Shown here: positions 1 through 13,559 of the stretch, in pieces
How the letters are laid out: each line of letters opens with the position of its first letter
How positions within the stretch are numbered: the stretch's first letter is position 1
Position numbers and translations under genes: made by a program
The notes under the pieces: model-generated
The model's database searches: none
What the model saw: only the letters and a program-made list of their open reading frames with translations
Told to the model about the DNA's origin: nothing
Origin: Rhizodiscina lignyota
Lineage: Eukaryota
Reading direction: 5' to 3'
NCBI GenBank assembly: GCA_010015805.1
Contig: ML978121.1
Span: forward strand, 3,472,001-3,536,000
DNA length: 64,000 nucleotides

Positions 1-1696
1 TACATACTTGGGCGATCTTACATTCAGTGGTGGCCTTATCGGAATCCATCTGAACAATCAACAATATGCCTTTAAGAACTGCAAGTTTACCAACGTTGCA
101 ACAGGTATCGCTGTTCAACATCTGTTTGTTGGCACGTTCCAGGGCATGCATTTCGAAGGATGTGGAATTGGCGTTGACGTTGGCGGTATTGATGATACTG
201 GCTCTGTCGCCCTTATTGACAGCACGGCAGACAACGTTGGCACGGTTGTCAATGGATCTGCGAACCTGGTATTGGAGAACCTACACGTTACGAATTCCGG
301 TCCAGTGCTTCGCATAAACGGTACGAACAAGGTGACCGGCAGCTTGGATGAGAAGACATACGTAGTTGGCCATCTCTACTATGACAACAAGGACGACCTA
401 GTTGCGTCGAAGGGAACATATGTGCCTTACACGAAGAGAGGAGCGTTGACAGATGGGGACGGCCTCTACTTGCAGAAGCCGCAGCCGCAGTATACCGAGT
501 ACAGTGCCGACGCGTTCGTCTCCGTTAAAGATCACGGGGCGAAGGGTATGTATTTCCTTGCACCAAGTGCAATACTTGGTGGATACAGCAGCTAACCTGG
601 TGCTGTAGGTGATGGCCAAACTGATGACACGGTAGCGATCAATGCTCTTCTCAAAGCCAATGCCAACTGCAAGATCACATACTTCCCACATGGAGTCTAC
701 CTTGTCACCGACACGATCTACGTTCCGCCTGGATCTAGGATCGTTGGAGAGGTGTGGTCAACTATTTCCGCGACTGGTTCCAAGTTTGCAGACGAATCCA
801 ACCCACATGTCATGTTCCAGGTCGGAAAGCCTGGAGAAGTCGGCACTGCAGAAGTCACCGACATGCTTTTCACAGTTGCTGATGTCCTTCCCGGTGCTAT
901 CATGGTCCAAATCAACATGGCTGGCAAGAACAAAGGAGATGTATCGTTCCACAACTCACATTTCCGCTCCGGAGGTGCGGCCGACTCGAATACGGAGACA
1001 GAGTGCCAGACCGACGGTAAGCCGTGTAAGGCGGCCTTCATGATGTTCCACATCGCGCCAACGGCGCAAATCTACATCGAGAATACCTGGCTTTGGACTG
1101 CCGACCATGATCTTGACGGTGACTATAATCAAGTCATTGGCACCGGCCGCGGCATGTATATCGAGTCCACCAAGGGCGTCTGGCTTGTCGGCACCGCATC
1201 CGAGCACCACGTACTTTACGCTTACCAGCTCTACAACGCACAGAACGTCTTCGTGAGTATGCAGCAGGTCGAAACGCCATACAACCAACCCATTCCTCAA
1301 GCGCCCACACCATGGACGCCCAACCCGGCCTGGCACGACCCCGACTTCTCTGACTGCGATCGTGACTCCACCGGTGCGAGGTGTCATATGCAATGGGCGC
1401 TGAGAATCATTGGCGAGGAGACCAAAACTATCAACATCTACGGCAGCGGCTTCTGGGTCTTCTTCAACAATTATACTCAAGACTGCGGTTCCACGTTCTG
1501 TCAAGAGAACATCGTTGATTTGGAGAACTTGAAGAAAGGTGACGGAGTGGAGCTATACAACCTTAACACTAGGGGTACACAGAACCTAATCACACTTGAT
1601 GGAAATGGCCAGGCCGCTCCGTTCCAAGCTGCTGTGTCTGCGGACAATCCAGGCAGCTGGGGAGCCATCATCGCTGCATACCTCGGGTTTGAGTAA
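1..1696 (+). CDS. Glycoside hydrolase family 55 (exo-beta-1,3-glucanase-like, pectin-lyase fold), 5'-truncated by window edge
   Basis: Intron 546-608 (GTATGT...GCTAAC...TAG) joins the ORFs into SVKDHGAKGDGQTDDT. Other GH55-type motifs: YFPHGVYLVTDT, NTWLWTADHDLD, GTASEHHVLYAYQ. Confidence 0.9.
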
Positions 1697-1856
1697 GTCC
1701 ACAAGAAAAGTAGGTTACGGATAATTACATCATAGCGATTCAATATCAAGTTATGAACACGTACGGTGAACTTGATTGATTTTAGCAATGGCTCCAAAGA
1801 GCATCGACGTCATGTCTCCGAATCGACTGAACTCAATATTCCAGCACCCTAACTGA

Positions 1857-2878
<1,022 letters not shown>

Positions 2879-4086
2879 TTAATTATTGCTGAGCTTTTTA
2901 GAAATCTGGAGAGGTGAAAGGAAACAAGAGCAATGGAAGACTTGAGGAGTGCATCCTGCATGATTCTTCAGCAGTTCGCTGCTTCCCTGAGTTGACAAGC
3001 GATCGCTGGGCTGTACTACGTAGCACAACCAGGCACGATACAGCAGCTCGTCAACAGGTAACCACTGGCTATAGAAATATACTCCACAATGATTAGGCAA
3101 TCCCATTGAATTTGGGTGTGATAATGGGGATTCTCCGTCGAAAATCTCCGGGTTCATGTACTCTGTAGTTAATAAGGAACAGAAGACCTCATCAGTCTTC
3201 CACTTGAACTCCCTCAGCCCATGAACCAGTTTCAGGCAAATGCCAGAATTCCACTCAGGACCGTAACGCTCGCATGGAGGACTGGCAGTCGCGCCATTGG
3301 TGACTTGATGTCGGATGGCAAGGTTCGGATTCCGGCGTGGTGAGAAAAACGCGCCGAAAAGCGGCGTCTCTCCTTTTCACGACCTGACTTTTCTACTCTA
3401 CAGAGGACATCTCGCCCCCTCCATTTCTTGGCCCACTACGGCGTTGAACTATCCCGTTACACATGCTCAATACATGGATCGGCGCGCCGACTTGATGCGC
3501 GTCGCTCAATCTTGATTTCGGGGCTGCTTGCTTCCATCCGATCATCTCAACCCATGGCGATGGACGTCCTGTTGTCGTCGCTCATTTGTATGAGTACAAT
3601 TGCGCGCTCTCTCCTCCCCAGTTTCTTCATGCCGCTGACAATCGTATATCCATTAAACTTGAGAGCTATTTCCTTTTGACGCTACGTACTTTACGGCCGC
3701 TATCGTACTTCTCTCATTTTTGAAGCTGTGGTGACCCAATGATACGTTCATCGACCCCAAATGCAACTTAATCACCGATATCATACCCATAGAGGCACGG
3801 AGGGTTACATACGCCTCAGCCTTGCATTTCATCCCTCATTTCAAGGCACAGTTCGGCCCCTCATGACCCTCCGAAGGCTCCCTCGCTTTACCAGGCGGCA
3901 AAGCCCAGCAACAACGGAACCTTGTGAGAGATGGTATATCTCTGTACCTCACACGCACGCTGTTCGTAAATGTTGTCTTTTCCTTGTCTCTCATGTGTCG
4001 CTCTTTTCCCATACTACTGTCGTTAGCCATCGATCTCGGATATTTGTCAAGCATTCAACTCAACATTTGTCTTTCTTACCTTCAAG

Positions 4087-5880
4087 ATGACGAAAATCAC
4101 TCTTAAGCACATCTTGTCAGTGGGCATTGCCCTACTCGGCAGAGCTTGGTCTGCTCCAGTGGATCAGTCCGAGCCCTCAATGGCTTCGCACTTAGCCTTC
4201 AATTCGGCCCTTACAAGCTCAGCAAGTGCCAGCTTTCCAACTCTCGCCGGCATGGTCTCAACCTCAGCTTCTAACTTCACGACACTTTCCACATCGATTC
4301 TTAATAGTAACTCGCCTATCTGCAGTCAAACCATGTTCACTTCGACTGCGAGTGTGACTCATGTCGTAACTGTAACAGAAACAGTTAGTCACACGCTGGT
4401 CTTCTGGTCTCGGGCTCCTGGCTCCGCGTGGCATACAACCGTCGTTTCAGCCGCTACGCAGACGAATAATCCTCAAGACTATACATCACTACCTGCGAGT
4501 CCGGAAACATCTTCGCAACCAGTACCCACATATCAGTCGTCTCTCTATCAACCCGACCATGCGTCCTACACAACGACTGGGTCTCCTCCCACTTCAGCTC
4601 CCACCGCTCTCATATCTACACTCACTGTAACAGTGACTGCGGCGGACACCACGACGCGGTTGATTCCCTCAACAAGTTTCGCCTCAGCGCAGTCCGGAAG
4701 CAGCTCAGCTTCGTTCAGCGAAAAGATCACTACTCTGGAGGTAGTTAGCACAGCTCGGCGAACTGTTACGAAAATAAAGAATGTGACGGAGTCGAGTTCC
4801 GTCTTGCCCTCTTACGGAACGCATGGGAGCAATTCAATCAACAGCTCACGAGGCCCCACGGGAAGAGTATCTTGGTCCACCACAGCGTCAGTGCCCACGA
4901 AGTCCTCTGCAACAGCCATCAGTCATCCCAGTCTTAACATGACTCTATCTGCATCGCATCATCTTCACAAATCAAAGGGGCCTACTATACTGCACACTGG
5001 TGGATCTTCGTCAATGCTATCGAGCGTCGTAACAACAATGCCGAGACATGGCACAGCTGCGCCTCAAAGAACAATCACGACCACCATATTCATTACGAAA
5101 CCAAAGAAAACTTCATCGTCCACAGCAGCTACGTCTATAATGTTGTCCTCAGAATCTTCTTCATCCTCAACGTGTGGGCCGTGGGACAAAATATGTGCTA
5201 CATCTATGACACCGTTGCATAATTATCGAAGGTCGGTGTCTCCCGGAGATTCCAAGGATACTATGACAATGTCGCCCCTGGCTTCACCTGGTCCAGACTA
5301 TACCCAAATATTGACTCTTAGCATTTCTGGCCCCTTTCGCACCCCTCCAAAGCCATATGGTGGAAGACCTCGTCACGATAGCATCGCAACATCAATGAAA
5401 GGAAGATTCGAGAGTCAGACTTCTCCTGTGCCGCGAAACACTGAAGAACCATCTCAGAGCATCAAATACACTGACACAAGCTTAACCGTGCCAACGCAGT
5501 CTTCAAAGACTGGTCCTTGGGAACATGATCCGGTGCCGCCTCTCCCCAGGAGAATGGCAGTGCGAAAGCGCCAGCCCAATGTATTCTGGGGCTCCTGGTT
5601 TGACCTGTGGGCTCCAGCAGTTCCAGCAGAAGACTCGAGCTCAAGTTCTGGGCCGAGCGAGACCCGTAAAGCTTCGACTGCAGCGACATCTGAACTCAGC
5701 ACATCGCGTAGCAAAATTGCACATTCAACTACCTACCTGGGCTTGAGTTCGACCGTCTCGATTAAAGCTACCAGGACTTCAACAGTGTACACATCAGCAC
5801 CGTCAAGCACAAATCCATCCCCAAATCCAGGCTACGAAGCTGCGAGCGTTGCTCTCGAACCCCAGAATAGCACGCTGTAA
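4087..5880 (+). CDS. Secreted Ser/Thr-rich mucin-like protein of unknown function
   Basis: 597-aa ORF with a signal-peptide-like N-terminus (MTKITLKHILSVGIALLGRAWSA|PV) and very high S/T content. No catalytic motif recognised. Confidence 0.7.
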   Translation: MTKITLKHILSVGIALLGRAWSAPVDQSEPSMASHLAFNSALTSSASASFPTLAGMVSTSASNFTTLSTSILNSNSPICSQTMFTSTASVTHVVTVTETVSHTLVFWSRAPGSAWHTTVVSAATQTNNPQDYTSLPASPETSSQPVPTYQSSLYQPDHASYTTTGSPPTSAPTALISTLTVTVTAADTTTRLIPSTSFASAQSGSSSASFSEKITTLEVVSTARRTVTKIKNVTESSSVLPSYGTHGSNSINSSRGPTGRVSWSTTASVPTKSSATAISHPSLNMTLSASHHLHKSKGPTILHTGGSSSMLSSVVTTMPRHGTAAPQRTITTTIFITKPKKTSSSTAATSIMLSSESSSSSTCGPWDKICATSMTPLHNYRRSVSPGDSKDTMTMSPLASPGPDYTQILTLSISGPFRTPPKPYGGRPRHDSIATSMKGRFESQTSPVPRNTEEPSQSIKYTDTSLTVPTQSSKTGPWEHDPVPPLPRRMAVRKRQPNVFWGSWFDLWAPAVPAEDSSSSSGPSETRKASTAATSELSTSRSKIAHSTTYLGLSSTVSIKATRTSTVYTSAPSSTNPSPNPGYEAASVALEPQNSTL

Positions 5881-6221
5881 CTGGTGCTGTTCGCAGACAG
5901 GTCATCGCCCCGGAGCCTTCTTCGACGATTACGACATAATAATGTATTGGGGCGCCAGTGTATTCGTACAGTGGTGGACAATCGAGTGGCTGTGTGGGTG
6001 GGTCGACAGCTATGTGACCACCATTAGCGGTTCATTGGAGTTATGATATATGTTGTCTTTTCCTTGGATACACATTACAGAAAAAGAAACGTTCTGATCT
6101 CTTCGCTCTTTTCCATTTTCCCCATGCGATTATGTAGTCTTTAGAGTATTAGTCATATGAGTATGGACGGCTTAGCATCTCTCCCCGAAGGACAAGACTT
6201 CTCTCACCACACTCAGTGGCT

Positions 6222-7535
6222 TCACGCATACTCACTGCACATCCTCCCATCCCTCCACACACCCCTGATATTCAACGTGTTATCAATGTCCTCCAACGGA
6301 TTGCCTTCCACTAACAACAGATCTGCTCTCTTGTCTTCGGCAATCATCCCCCTGTCTCTGAATCCAAACCTCTTCGCCGTCAAGCTAGTCGCCGCCCTCA
6401 GCGCCTCCACGGGTGTGAATCCACACTCATCGACAAATATTCTGAGCTCTTGATGTAGACTAGCACCCCAAGCCGTCCCCCTCGCCGGCGTCGCGGCATC
6501 CGACCCGCAAAGAATATCGATGCCCGCGTTCTTCAACTGTCTGACACTCTCATACGCGTACTCGAGCTTTGACCCTTCAGCATGGAAATCCATACACTGG
6601 CAAAGTCGCGCTGTCTCCTCCTCTCCCAGATGCTTCTGCACCCTTGGATCATGCGCTAGCCTCTCTTGCACTTCTTTTCCCTCGGTCGTCAAGCTCCCCA
6701 TGGCCGTGAGTGTCGGATTCAGCCACGCGTTGTTCACCTTGTATGCGTCGATGAGCTCCTGCGTTGGAGGCTGGTCGAAGAACGTGTGTGCGAGGCCATC
6801 GACGCCAGCGCGCAGCACAGTCAAGTGGTCCTTCATGGCAGTAGCATGGGCGACAGCAACTCTGCCGTAGCTGTGTGCAGCCGCAACGACCATGGCTTGA
6901 AGCTCCTGCGTTGGTTCGGTGAATTCCCACCCCATGGCCTTACCGGACTCGTGCATCAGCTTGATGTAATCCGCTCCGGTCTCCATTACGTTGGTTTTCA
7001 TATAAGCGTCCACATCAGCTTTGGTCTTGAGCTTCGGCCAGGTGGCGATTTCTGCCATTGTCTGTAAGTTGCCTCAGCGTTTGCCCTCAAAGACTTCGCA
7101 GTAGACGATATAGTAATTTCTCACCTCCTCAGACTTGTCGTGAGCTGTGACTACAGGTATGGGCCATCCATTGTCAATGGTCGCCGCCATCCCCGCGCTC
7201 TTGAAATCGGCGCAGTCCTTATCCGCCTTGGCCAGAATCTTAAGTTTGTTGACATTCACTGCCTCATTGTGCATGTCCATAACGGTGGTCACGCCGAACT
7301 TGATGGATTGGTACAGTGCTTGTTCGTTGCCCTTGGAGGCATGGATATGGCAGTCAATCAAGCCAGGCAGCAGAGTATGGTTCGGTTTGGAGATTACTAG
7401 GATCCCAGAATCTAGTTTATCGGGTACGGTGCTGCCAAACGATCTGATGAGACCACTTTGAATGTAGACGAAGCCGTTGGGTATTTCGTCCTCGCCGGTG
7501 AAGATGCGGACATCTTTTATGAGAAACGCGGCCAT
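6222..7535 (-). CDS. Metal-dependent amidohydrolase (Amidohydro_1, imidazolonepropionase-like)
   Basis: LLPGLIDCHIH (HxH), YIKLMHE, VAVAHA, GLAHTF, GSDA, RGMIAEDKRADLLLVEGNP. Intron 7062-7124. Confidence 0.9.
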
Positions 7536-8804
7536 TGTGATAGGTGGGGGGCTGGGTTACTCCAAGAAGAAGATCCTGCTAGGGCGTTAGCTAGTTCGCG
7601 GTAGTGCCTACGAATTGAAAGATTGGAAAGGTGAAATCTTCTAGGCCGAGGAGTAGTACAATTGTTCGGCTGAGTTGATGCAGCAGTCTCAGGGAAAGCG
7701 CAGAACAACTAGACGACAAGAAGGCGCCCAGTCTATAAGTAGTGGTGCAGAGAACAAGAAGAAGTAGCAATTCGATACGGAGTAGAGTCTCGTAAATTGG
7801 AAACCGCGATGAGGAGGAGGCTGAGAAGAAATTCAGTCTCACCAGAGAGGTTGAACTAGACCCACATCACACAACCGCCTCGCCCCTCCAAGTGCTACTA
7901 CGAGACCATAACGTTTATGCAAAGAGAGGGAAGCTGAAACTTGATCTACCCTCTCAGTGTATCGTGCGTCTACCCAAGTCAAATGCCCTTCAACCTGCAT
8001 TCGCCGGGCTCAGCCCAAGGCTGGGATAGGATAATAGCCACCAACTCATTTTCGGATTTCCCCCGCAGTCACACCGCCGACGATATCGCACTCGCGAGTA
8101 CGCTGAAGCCGACGGTCGCACCGTCAGCAAGGTCCCTGTGCACATTCATAGCGACCCCACGCAATCCTTGCTCCAGATAGGAGCACGAAGGGCAAGAAAT
8201 TGAAGTTTTACGGACCCTGGATATTCTATCGGTGCCGCTGACTGTACAGAGCTCGCATGTCGCGTGTATGTGAAATCCGAGACACTCCAGAGAGGTACAT
8301 AAAGATGTAAATCCGGGGGAAATGGACCGTCTAGGTAATATCTCCATCTGTGGATCCGATGTGGGGAAGGAAGGATCCGGCTGCATCTGGGATGCTCATG
8401 CCATAGGTATATTGGAAGACTCCTATTTTTCAGGAAGACGACAAAGCATGAGTGCACAAAACGTAGACTGGTGAGTTGTATGTAAATTGCACACTGACAG
8501 CGTAACACGAAAGCACCGGCGGAGTTTTTCATACAATGCGATATCCATTTGCTGCTAAACACACATGCGTTTCTTCCCAGATCCGGGTATATTGGGTTCC
8601 TTGTACTCCATACCGAGTACAACATCGCGCAGACACACTCAGGCGTTAGAATGACATCAAAATCAGAGTGGGCTTTCGTGATGAACCCCATCACATGTCA
8701 ACCATGCCCTTTCGTCCGCCCCATGACGCCTTCGCTAATGCAGATGTCCACTTAAATTGAAAGAGAAATTTGGAAGACAATATGCAGCAAACCCATAAAG
8801 CGGC

Positions 8805-11099
8805 CTAGGGTCTGCCAGCACTCGACGGCGGAGACTCACCCGAGGGTCTATGCGAAGGTGGACTTAGCAGGCTTCCCAACGGGCCACCGACGTCAGATGA
8901 AATAGGCTCCGCTCTTCCCAAATCCACTGTTGCATTTGTTGACGTCTGTCCCTGCGGAGGGACCTGTTCCTGAGACGTCTGACTCACTTCCCTCGACAGG
9001 CTCTCCGCAATCGTACCAATCGGAGGACTCGGCCTCTGCACCGTGCCTGACGTACTAATCGAGCTGTGAGTGGTCATGCTTGGATCCTCTGGACTCCATG
9101 TTCGTCCCCTCGGCTGCGCGGGTATGATCGTGACTGGCAAATCGACATCCTCAGGCTGGCGGTTGCCATTGCCATCGCGCATCCTGTCCACCTGCTCGGC
9201 GGCGAAAGCGCCCAGCCGCGCTTTGATGTCCCATCGCGCGTAGTTGTGTACGGCGGGGGGCTTGGCCTTCTCGCCGATCGAGAGTGGCTCGATGACTTGG
9301 CCACCGCGGACTTCTGGCGGTGGAAGGGCTTTGCGGCGCTTGAAGGGGTTGGGCACATGCCAGTGCCTGTTGGCACCGATGTCGATAGCATTGGGCTGAT
9401 CTACATGGACCTCGAAGGTCTCTCCGGAACCTTTCTCAAGCTCTTGAGGCGGTCTGATGCTCATTGTGGGACGAGGTCGTGGATTTGGTGGAGGTGCTGG
9501 TGTCGGTGGAGGACGTTGAGACGCTTGTTCCATGCGGGGAGGGCTCGTGAATTGTCGGATGAGAGGAGGGGACGGTTGGCCAGCGGGATAGTATCGCACG
9601 GCATAGACGGTGCTGGCAGCGCTTGTTGTGTCCGTCCTGCTAACAGGGGACGCAACTGGCGCAGGGAGTGTAGGGGCCGCAGGAACGTTGGAGTGCGGCA
9701 TGACTATCGGTCTCTGGCTCAATGTTGATGTTTGAGCATGTTGCTCATTCGTCGGCGGGTTTAGACGTGTATCGCTTAGTCCTTCTCTTTCGTGGTTGTT
9801 TCGGTGGAAGAAATCTGCGTTGCGTAATCTGCCAAGTCGATTTGATATTAAATTGAAGCCATGCCTGTTCATGCCAGATGCATAGGCGCCATCACCTCCT
9901 TCATCATCTTTGGGACCATATCTCCTTCCTGGCCATGTGACTTCCTCTGACGGCGTGGAATCAAGCATCTCATCGCCATCGAAGATTTCTCTTCCTAAGA
10001 TCCCGTCTTTCTTCTCCTCTCTCTCAAGCGCCTCGATGCGCTCAACCCATTCCCACACAATCACACTGGCGGCTGCTGCGCCTACCCATCTAAAGTAGTC
10101 TCCCCATCCAGCGACTGAGGAGTTCGATATGTCGGTTATAAAGAAGACGACTGGCGTTAGAATCGCGATAAGAGACAGCAACGCAATTAGCGAAATATTC
10201 CACATCAGCTTATGGTAGAAGGCATAACGTCGTTTCGTTACAGAGTAGTAAAGAACCCATGCTGCGTACAGCATGCTGAGCGCGAGCTGGAAGAGATAGC
10301 TGAGCGCTGGGATGGCGTCGACGAATCGGCGATCGTGTGACGAGTTTGTTGACATGAATGTGTTGAGACAGCTGAAAGTCGCATCTAGAATGATCATTGC
10401 AAAACCGATCCACTTGATGAGCACCTTCTCCTTATGCCGAGGGAATAGTCGAATAAGTGTCTGGATTTGCGCGAGCCAAAGGAAAATGTCGGATACCACG
10501 CGGGATACTTTGATCCTCGTACTGCCGACAACTTCGTCTCGAAGGTCATCGGCGTCCATGACTCCAGAGAGGTACTGGCGCTCCGCGACTCGAAACGTGT
10601 CTGCAGTCGCGATAGTCAACGATATCGCAACCGAAAATGCAGCGACCTTTTGCAGCCACGGTCTCGATCCAACGCCAATAACAGATGCACCGCCCGACGC
10701 ACCCGATATCAATCCTCTCCTGCCCCGCAACCCAGTTGTACCACCTGCGCCTCCAACGAAGAAGGTTCGTGGAGTAATGAGTAGCATGATGACCAGCATC
10801 CACGAAATGACAGTCGCGGCACCAGTCGCATAGGCCTGCGGCGTCACGGACGCGTGAAAGGGGTCCTTAAAGTCGGTAATGCTCGAGATGCCCTCGGCAG
10901 CTGCACTACCGCTCGCGAGCGGTGTCGGACTGCAGTCGGGGATGAACACAACATCGGTGGTGAGGGTAACGGTGCTGGTCGAGTCGATGCTGATGAAGCC
11001 ATTCGAAGGGAGCGTAAAGGGAGTACAGTGATGCCTCGCGCTCGTCGTAGTCTCGGTCGCCATGGGCCAGATCTGACGCCGCAATGGGGATTCGGACAT
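8805..11099 (-). CDS. palH: pH-response 7-TM receptor PalH/Rim21
   Basis: Intronless 764-aa ORF with an N-terminal multi-TM region (RPWLQKVAA, FLWLAQIQTLIRLFPRHKEK, WEWVERIEALER) and a long S/P-rich cytosolic tail, as in PalH. Confidence 0.9.
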   Translation of the reverse strand: MSESPLRRQIWPMATETTTSARHHCTPFTLPSNGFISIDSTSTVTLTTDVVFIPDCSPTPLASGSAAAEGISSITDFKDPFHASVTPQAYATGAATVISWMLVIMLLITPRTFFVGGAGGTTGLRGRRGLISGASGGASVIGVGSRPWLQKVAAFSVAISLTIATADTFRVAERQYLSGVMDADDLRDEVVGSTRIKVSRVVSDIFLWLAQIQTLIRLFPRHKEKVLIKWIGFAMIILDATFSCLNTFMSTNSSHDRRFVDAIPALSYLFQLALSMLYAAWVLYYSVTKRRYAFYHKLMWNISLIALLSLIAILTPVVFFITDISNSSVAGWGDYFRWVGAAAASVIVWEWVERIEALEREEKKDGILGREIFDGDEMLDSTPSEEVTWPGRRYGPKDDEGGDGAYASGMNRHGFNLISNRLGRLRNADFFHRNNHEREGLSDTRLNPPTNEQHAQTSTLSQRPIVMPHSNVPAAPTLPAPVASPVSRTDTTSAASTVYAVRYYPAGQPSPPLIRQFTSPPRMEQASQRPPPTPAPPPNPRPRPTMSIRPPQELEKGSGETFEVHVDQPNAIDIGANRHWHVPNPFKRRKALPPPEVRGGQVIEPLSIGEKAKPPAVHNYARWDIKARLGAFAAEQVDRMRDGNGNRQPEDVDLPVTIIPAQPRGRTWSPEDPSMTTHSSISTSGTVQRPSPPIGTIAESLSREVSQTSQEQVPPQGQTSTNATVDLGRAEPISSDVGGPLGSLLSPPSHRPSGESPPSSAGRP

Positions 11100-12270
11100 G
11101 TTGTGCTGCTCGGTCGTGAATTAGGACTGGCGGTTGGGTGCCGCGCCCGGCCCACGCCCGCCGCTGTCGCAAGCTGCTCTCGCCTCCAAGATGGAGGAAG
11201 AAGTGGTTGATGTTGCTATCCGTAGGGTGATATGCGCAGCATGGCTACGTGCTGTGGGAGAGGCTTGCTGATGCTTGAGAACGGTTAGAGGCTTGGTGGT
11301 GAGGAGCCAAGATGTCGCCGAGGAGGGAAGGCTGAGATACGAGGGGTGAGGGCGCGCGGCCTGGAATGGGCTGTTCGGCTGGGGGCATGGCCAGGTTGAA
11401 GGTTCGGGTGCATACGAGCACGGAGCGCTTCCGCGAATGGGCGCAACAGTCCCGAACCCATCACGCCCGAGGAGGGTTTCAGCTCGTCACGTTTTATGTC
11501 ACCACGTTTTACATAAGCTCCACTATTCCCAGGAAGAGCCGCACTTGCAAAACAATGGTTTCTGCCAGAGCGCGTCTCGAAACCTCTGCACGTCGTCAAG
11601 AGCACAGCGATTGTTCCTATTGAGTTTGAGGCGGAGAGGAACCCTCTGATCCCGTCAAAGCACAAGTTCACTTCAGTCCCCAGTAGAAGTTCAGGTATTT
11701 GCAGGTTTGATATCCGTGACTAAGCGTAGGTGATACTCAATTGCGAATAAAGCTTGACCGCATGTTGAATCCTGTTCCGAGACAAGCTGTAATGGCTTAG
11801 TCAACCTCGACGGTGTGCAATGCAAGTGATCATGATCCTTGATCCGAACATGAAGACGATTTCCTTGATTGTGGCTATTGACTTCGACAAGATAGGATAC
11901 TGGATGAACTGCTGCCAAGAGTTTGTAACGTTGGCGTCAGAATATGCTCACTAAGCTCCAGAATAAGGAATAACTCGAAAGGGAGCATTTCAATCATGGC
12001 ATTCTGTTTGAATCAGTATAGCACGTGTTTCTTCGTGATGAGATTCCTAGCTTCATGATTCGAATATCAAACATGCAGGTGTTATCCACACGGCCCGACG
12101 ATCTAACCGAGAGTCATAACGCTTACGCTTTCGGTCGACTCCGAGAAGAGTAGCCCTTCGCTTCTAAGGGTTTCGAAGTGCATGGCTGGAACGACTCTGT
12201 ACATATTGTGAGCAGTGTATGTAGTTGAAGAAGGCAGAGGAGCTTTGCTTCCTGGCCGAGAGGAAACGTT

Positions 12271-13317
12271 TTAGGCAGCTTCTTGTTCCTGCTCGGCAGC
12301 CTCCTGTTTTCGAATTTGCTCCTCTAAACGTTTCTTCTCAGCGTTCTTCAACCGTATGAGTGTGGCTTCCTCCAGGGACAACCCTGGACTGTATGATGCA
12401 ATCGGCGTATTTGGTAGACTACCCACGCCAGGAAATGACTTGCGGCCAAATGAAGGCGGTGTCTGTGGTGTTTGGGGAGTCTGCGGTGTGGATGGTCGCT
12501 CCAAGTTTGGCTCTTGCTCGTTTGCCCAGTTGACTTCGAAAAGCGCCCAGGGCTTCTCGGCTTTAAACTTGTCCATGTCTGAGATGGCCGCATGTGCTCC
12601 GACAATCGATTTGAATACGACAACCCCGGTCGCCATCATCTTTTTCTTCCCGTTGACCTTTTTTTTCTTATCCTTCAGCAGGAATACACTGTCGATTTCC
12701 CCAAACTGCGAGAATAACGATGACAGCCGCTCCTTGTCAATCGATTCTCCATCTCCCTCTTTCGCCCATCGTATCTTCACGCTCCGATCGAGCTCAGAGA
12801 CATTGCTGTACGATTTTACTGAGGTTTGTGTCTGCGCCTCGTCCGCTTTGACTTGCTCTTCTAGCTTCTCGCGCGAAAGCATCTCCTCTCTCTCCTTTCT
12901 CCTCCTCTTCCCATCCTCGGCCAGTCTCCTTATCTCCCTCTCGAGCTTCTCCTGCTCGTCTTCCATTTCATCCCTCTTCCTCTTCGCGCCGGTCTCTCTC
13001 CTCTCCAGGTCCTCTTTCATCTGTCGCCGCTTGCCTTCAAACAGCTCATGCTGCCGCCTCTTTGCCTCTCGCGCAGTGCGCGCATTATCATAGAGCGACC
13101 TGACTTCCGCATCTGAGAGTACATCGTTTGCAATCTGGAGAAGGTGGAACTTTTCAATAGCGGAAGGATTGTCCTTGTTCTTGTCAGGATGGTATTTGAG
13201 CGCGGTGCGGCGATATGCGCGGCGGATTTCGGATTCGTTGCTGGCGGGAGAGACACCAAGAAGCTCGTAGAAGTCGACCTGGCTGGTCGCATACTCTTTG
13301 AGTTCATCTGAAGGCAT
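12271..13317 (-). CDS. cwf23: DnaJ-domain/RRM pre-mRNA splicing factor Cwf23/Cwc23 (DNAJC17-like)
   Basis: J-domain with HPD (ALKYHPDKN), coiled coil, RRM-like C-terminal domain (LFSQFGEID...VVVFKSIVGAHAA), terminal TLIRLKNAEKKRL. Confidence 0.85.
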   Translation of the reverse strand: MPSDELKEYATSQVDFYELLGVSPASNESEIRRAYRRTALKYHPDKNKDNPSAIEKFHLLQIANDVLSDAEVRSLYDNARTAREAKRRQHELFEGKRRQMKEDLERRETGAKRKRDEMEDEQEKLEREIRRLAEDGKRRRKEREEMLSREKLEEQVKADEAQTQTSVKSYSNVSELDRSVKIRWAKEGDGESIDKERLSSLFSQFGEIDSVFLLKDKKKKVNGKKKMMATGVVVFKSIVGAHAAISDMDKFKAEKPWALFEVNWANEQEPNLERPSTPQTPQTPQTPPSFGRKSFPGVGSLPNTPIASYSPGLSLEEATLIRLKNAEKKRLEEQIRKQEAAEQEQEAA

Positions 13318-13559
13318 TTTGGCTGTGTTTCGAGGGAAATGTGGATGTTAGGTGTAGAAGATAAAGTTATTTTGATGGCAGCCTTGAACTTTTGCTAAAG
13401 GCATTACGCCCGAACCAGGGTGTTATGCATGCTGAACGTAAGCGGTTAGCGTGCATCTTTGTATCGACTTCATCCTTCCTCCACATCCCAGACCATTGAA
13501 AGCTTTTGAACTCCGAGTGCAATGCTGACCTGCCAATAAATGTGGTTGAGTCATTATTT

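Noticed and set aside
8146..8694. 182-aa minus-strand ORF downstream of palH
   Set aside because: No domain or coding-like composition; probably 3' UTR or intergenic.
12356..13093. 245-aa + strand ORF, and similar long ORFs at 9066-9728, 23656-24279, 25208-26008 and 43652-44278
   Set aside because: Antisense shadows of well-supported genes, with no recognisable motifs.
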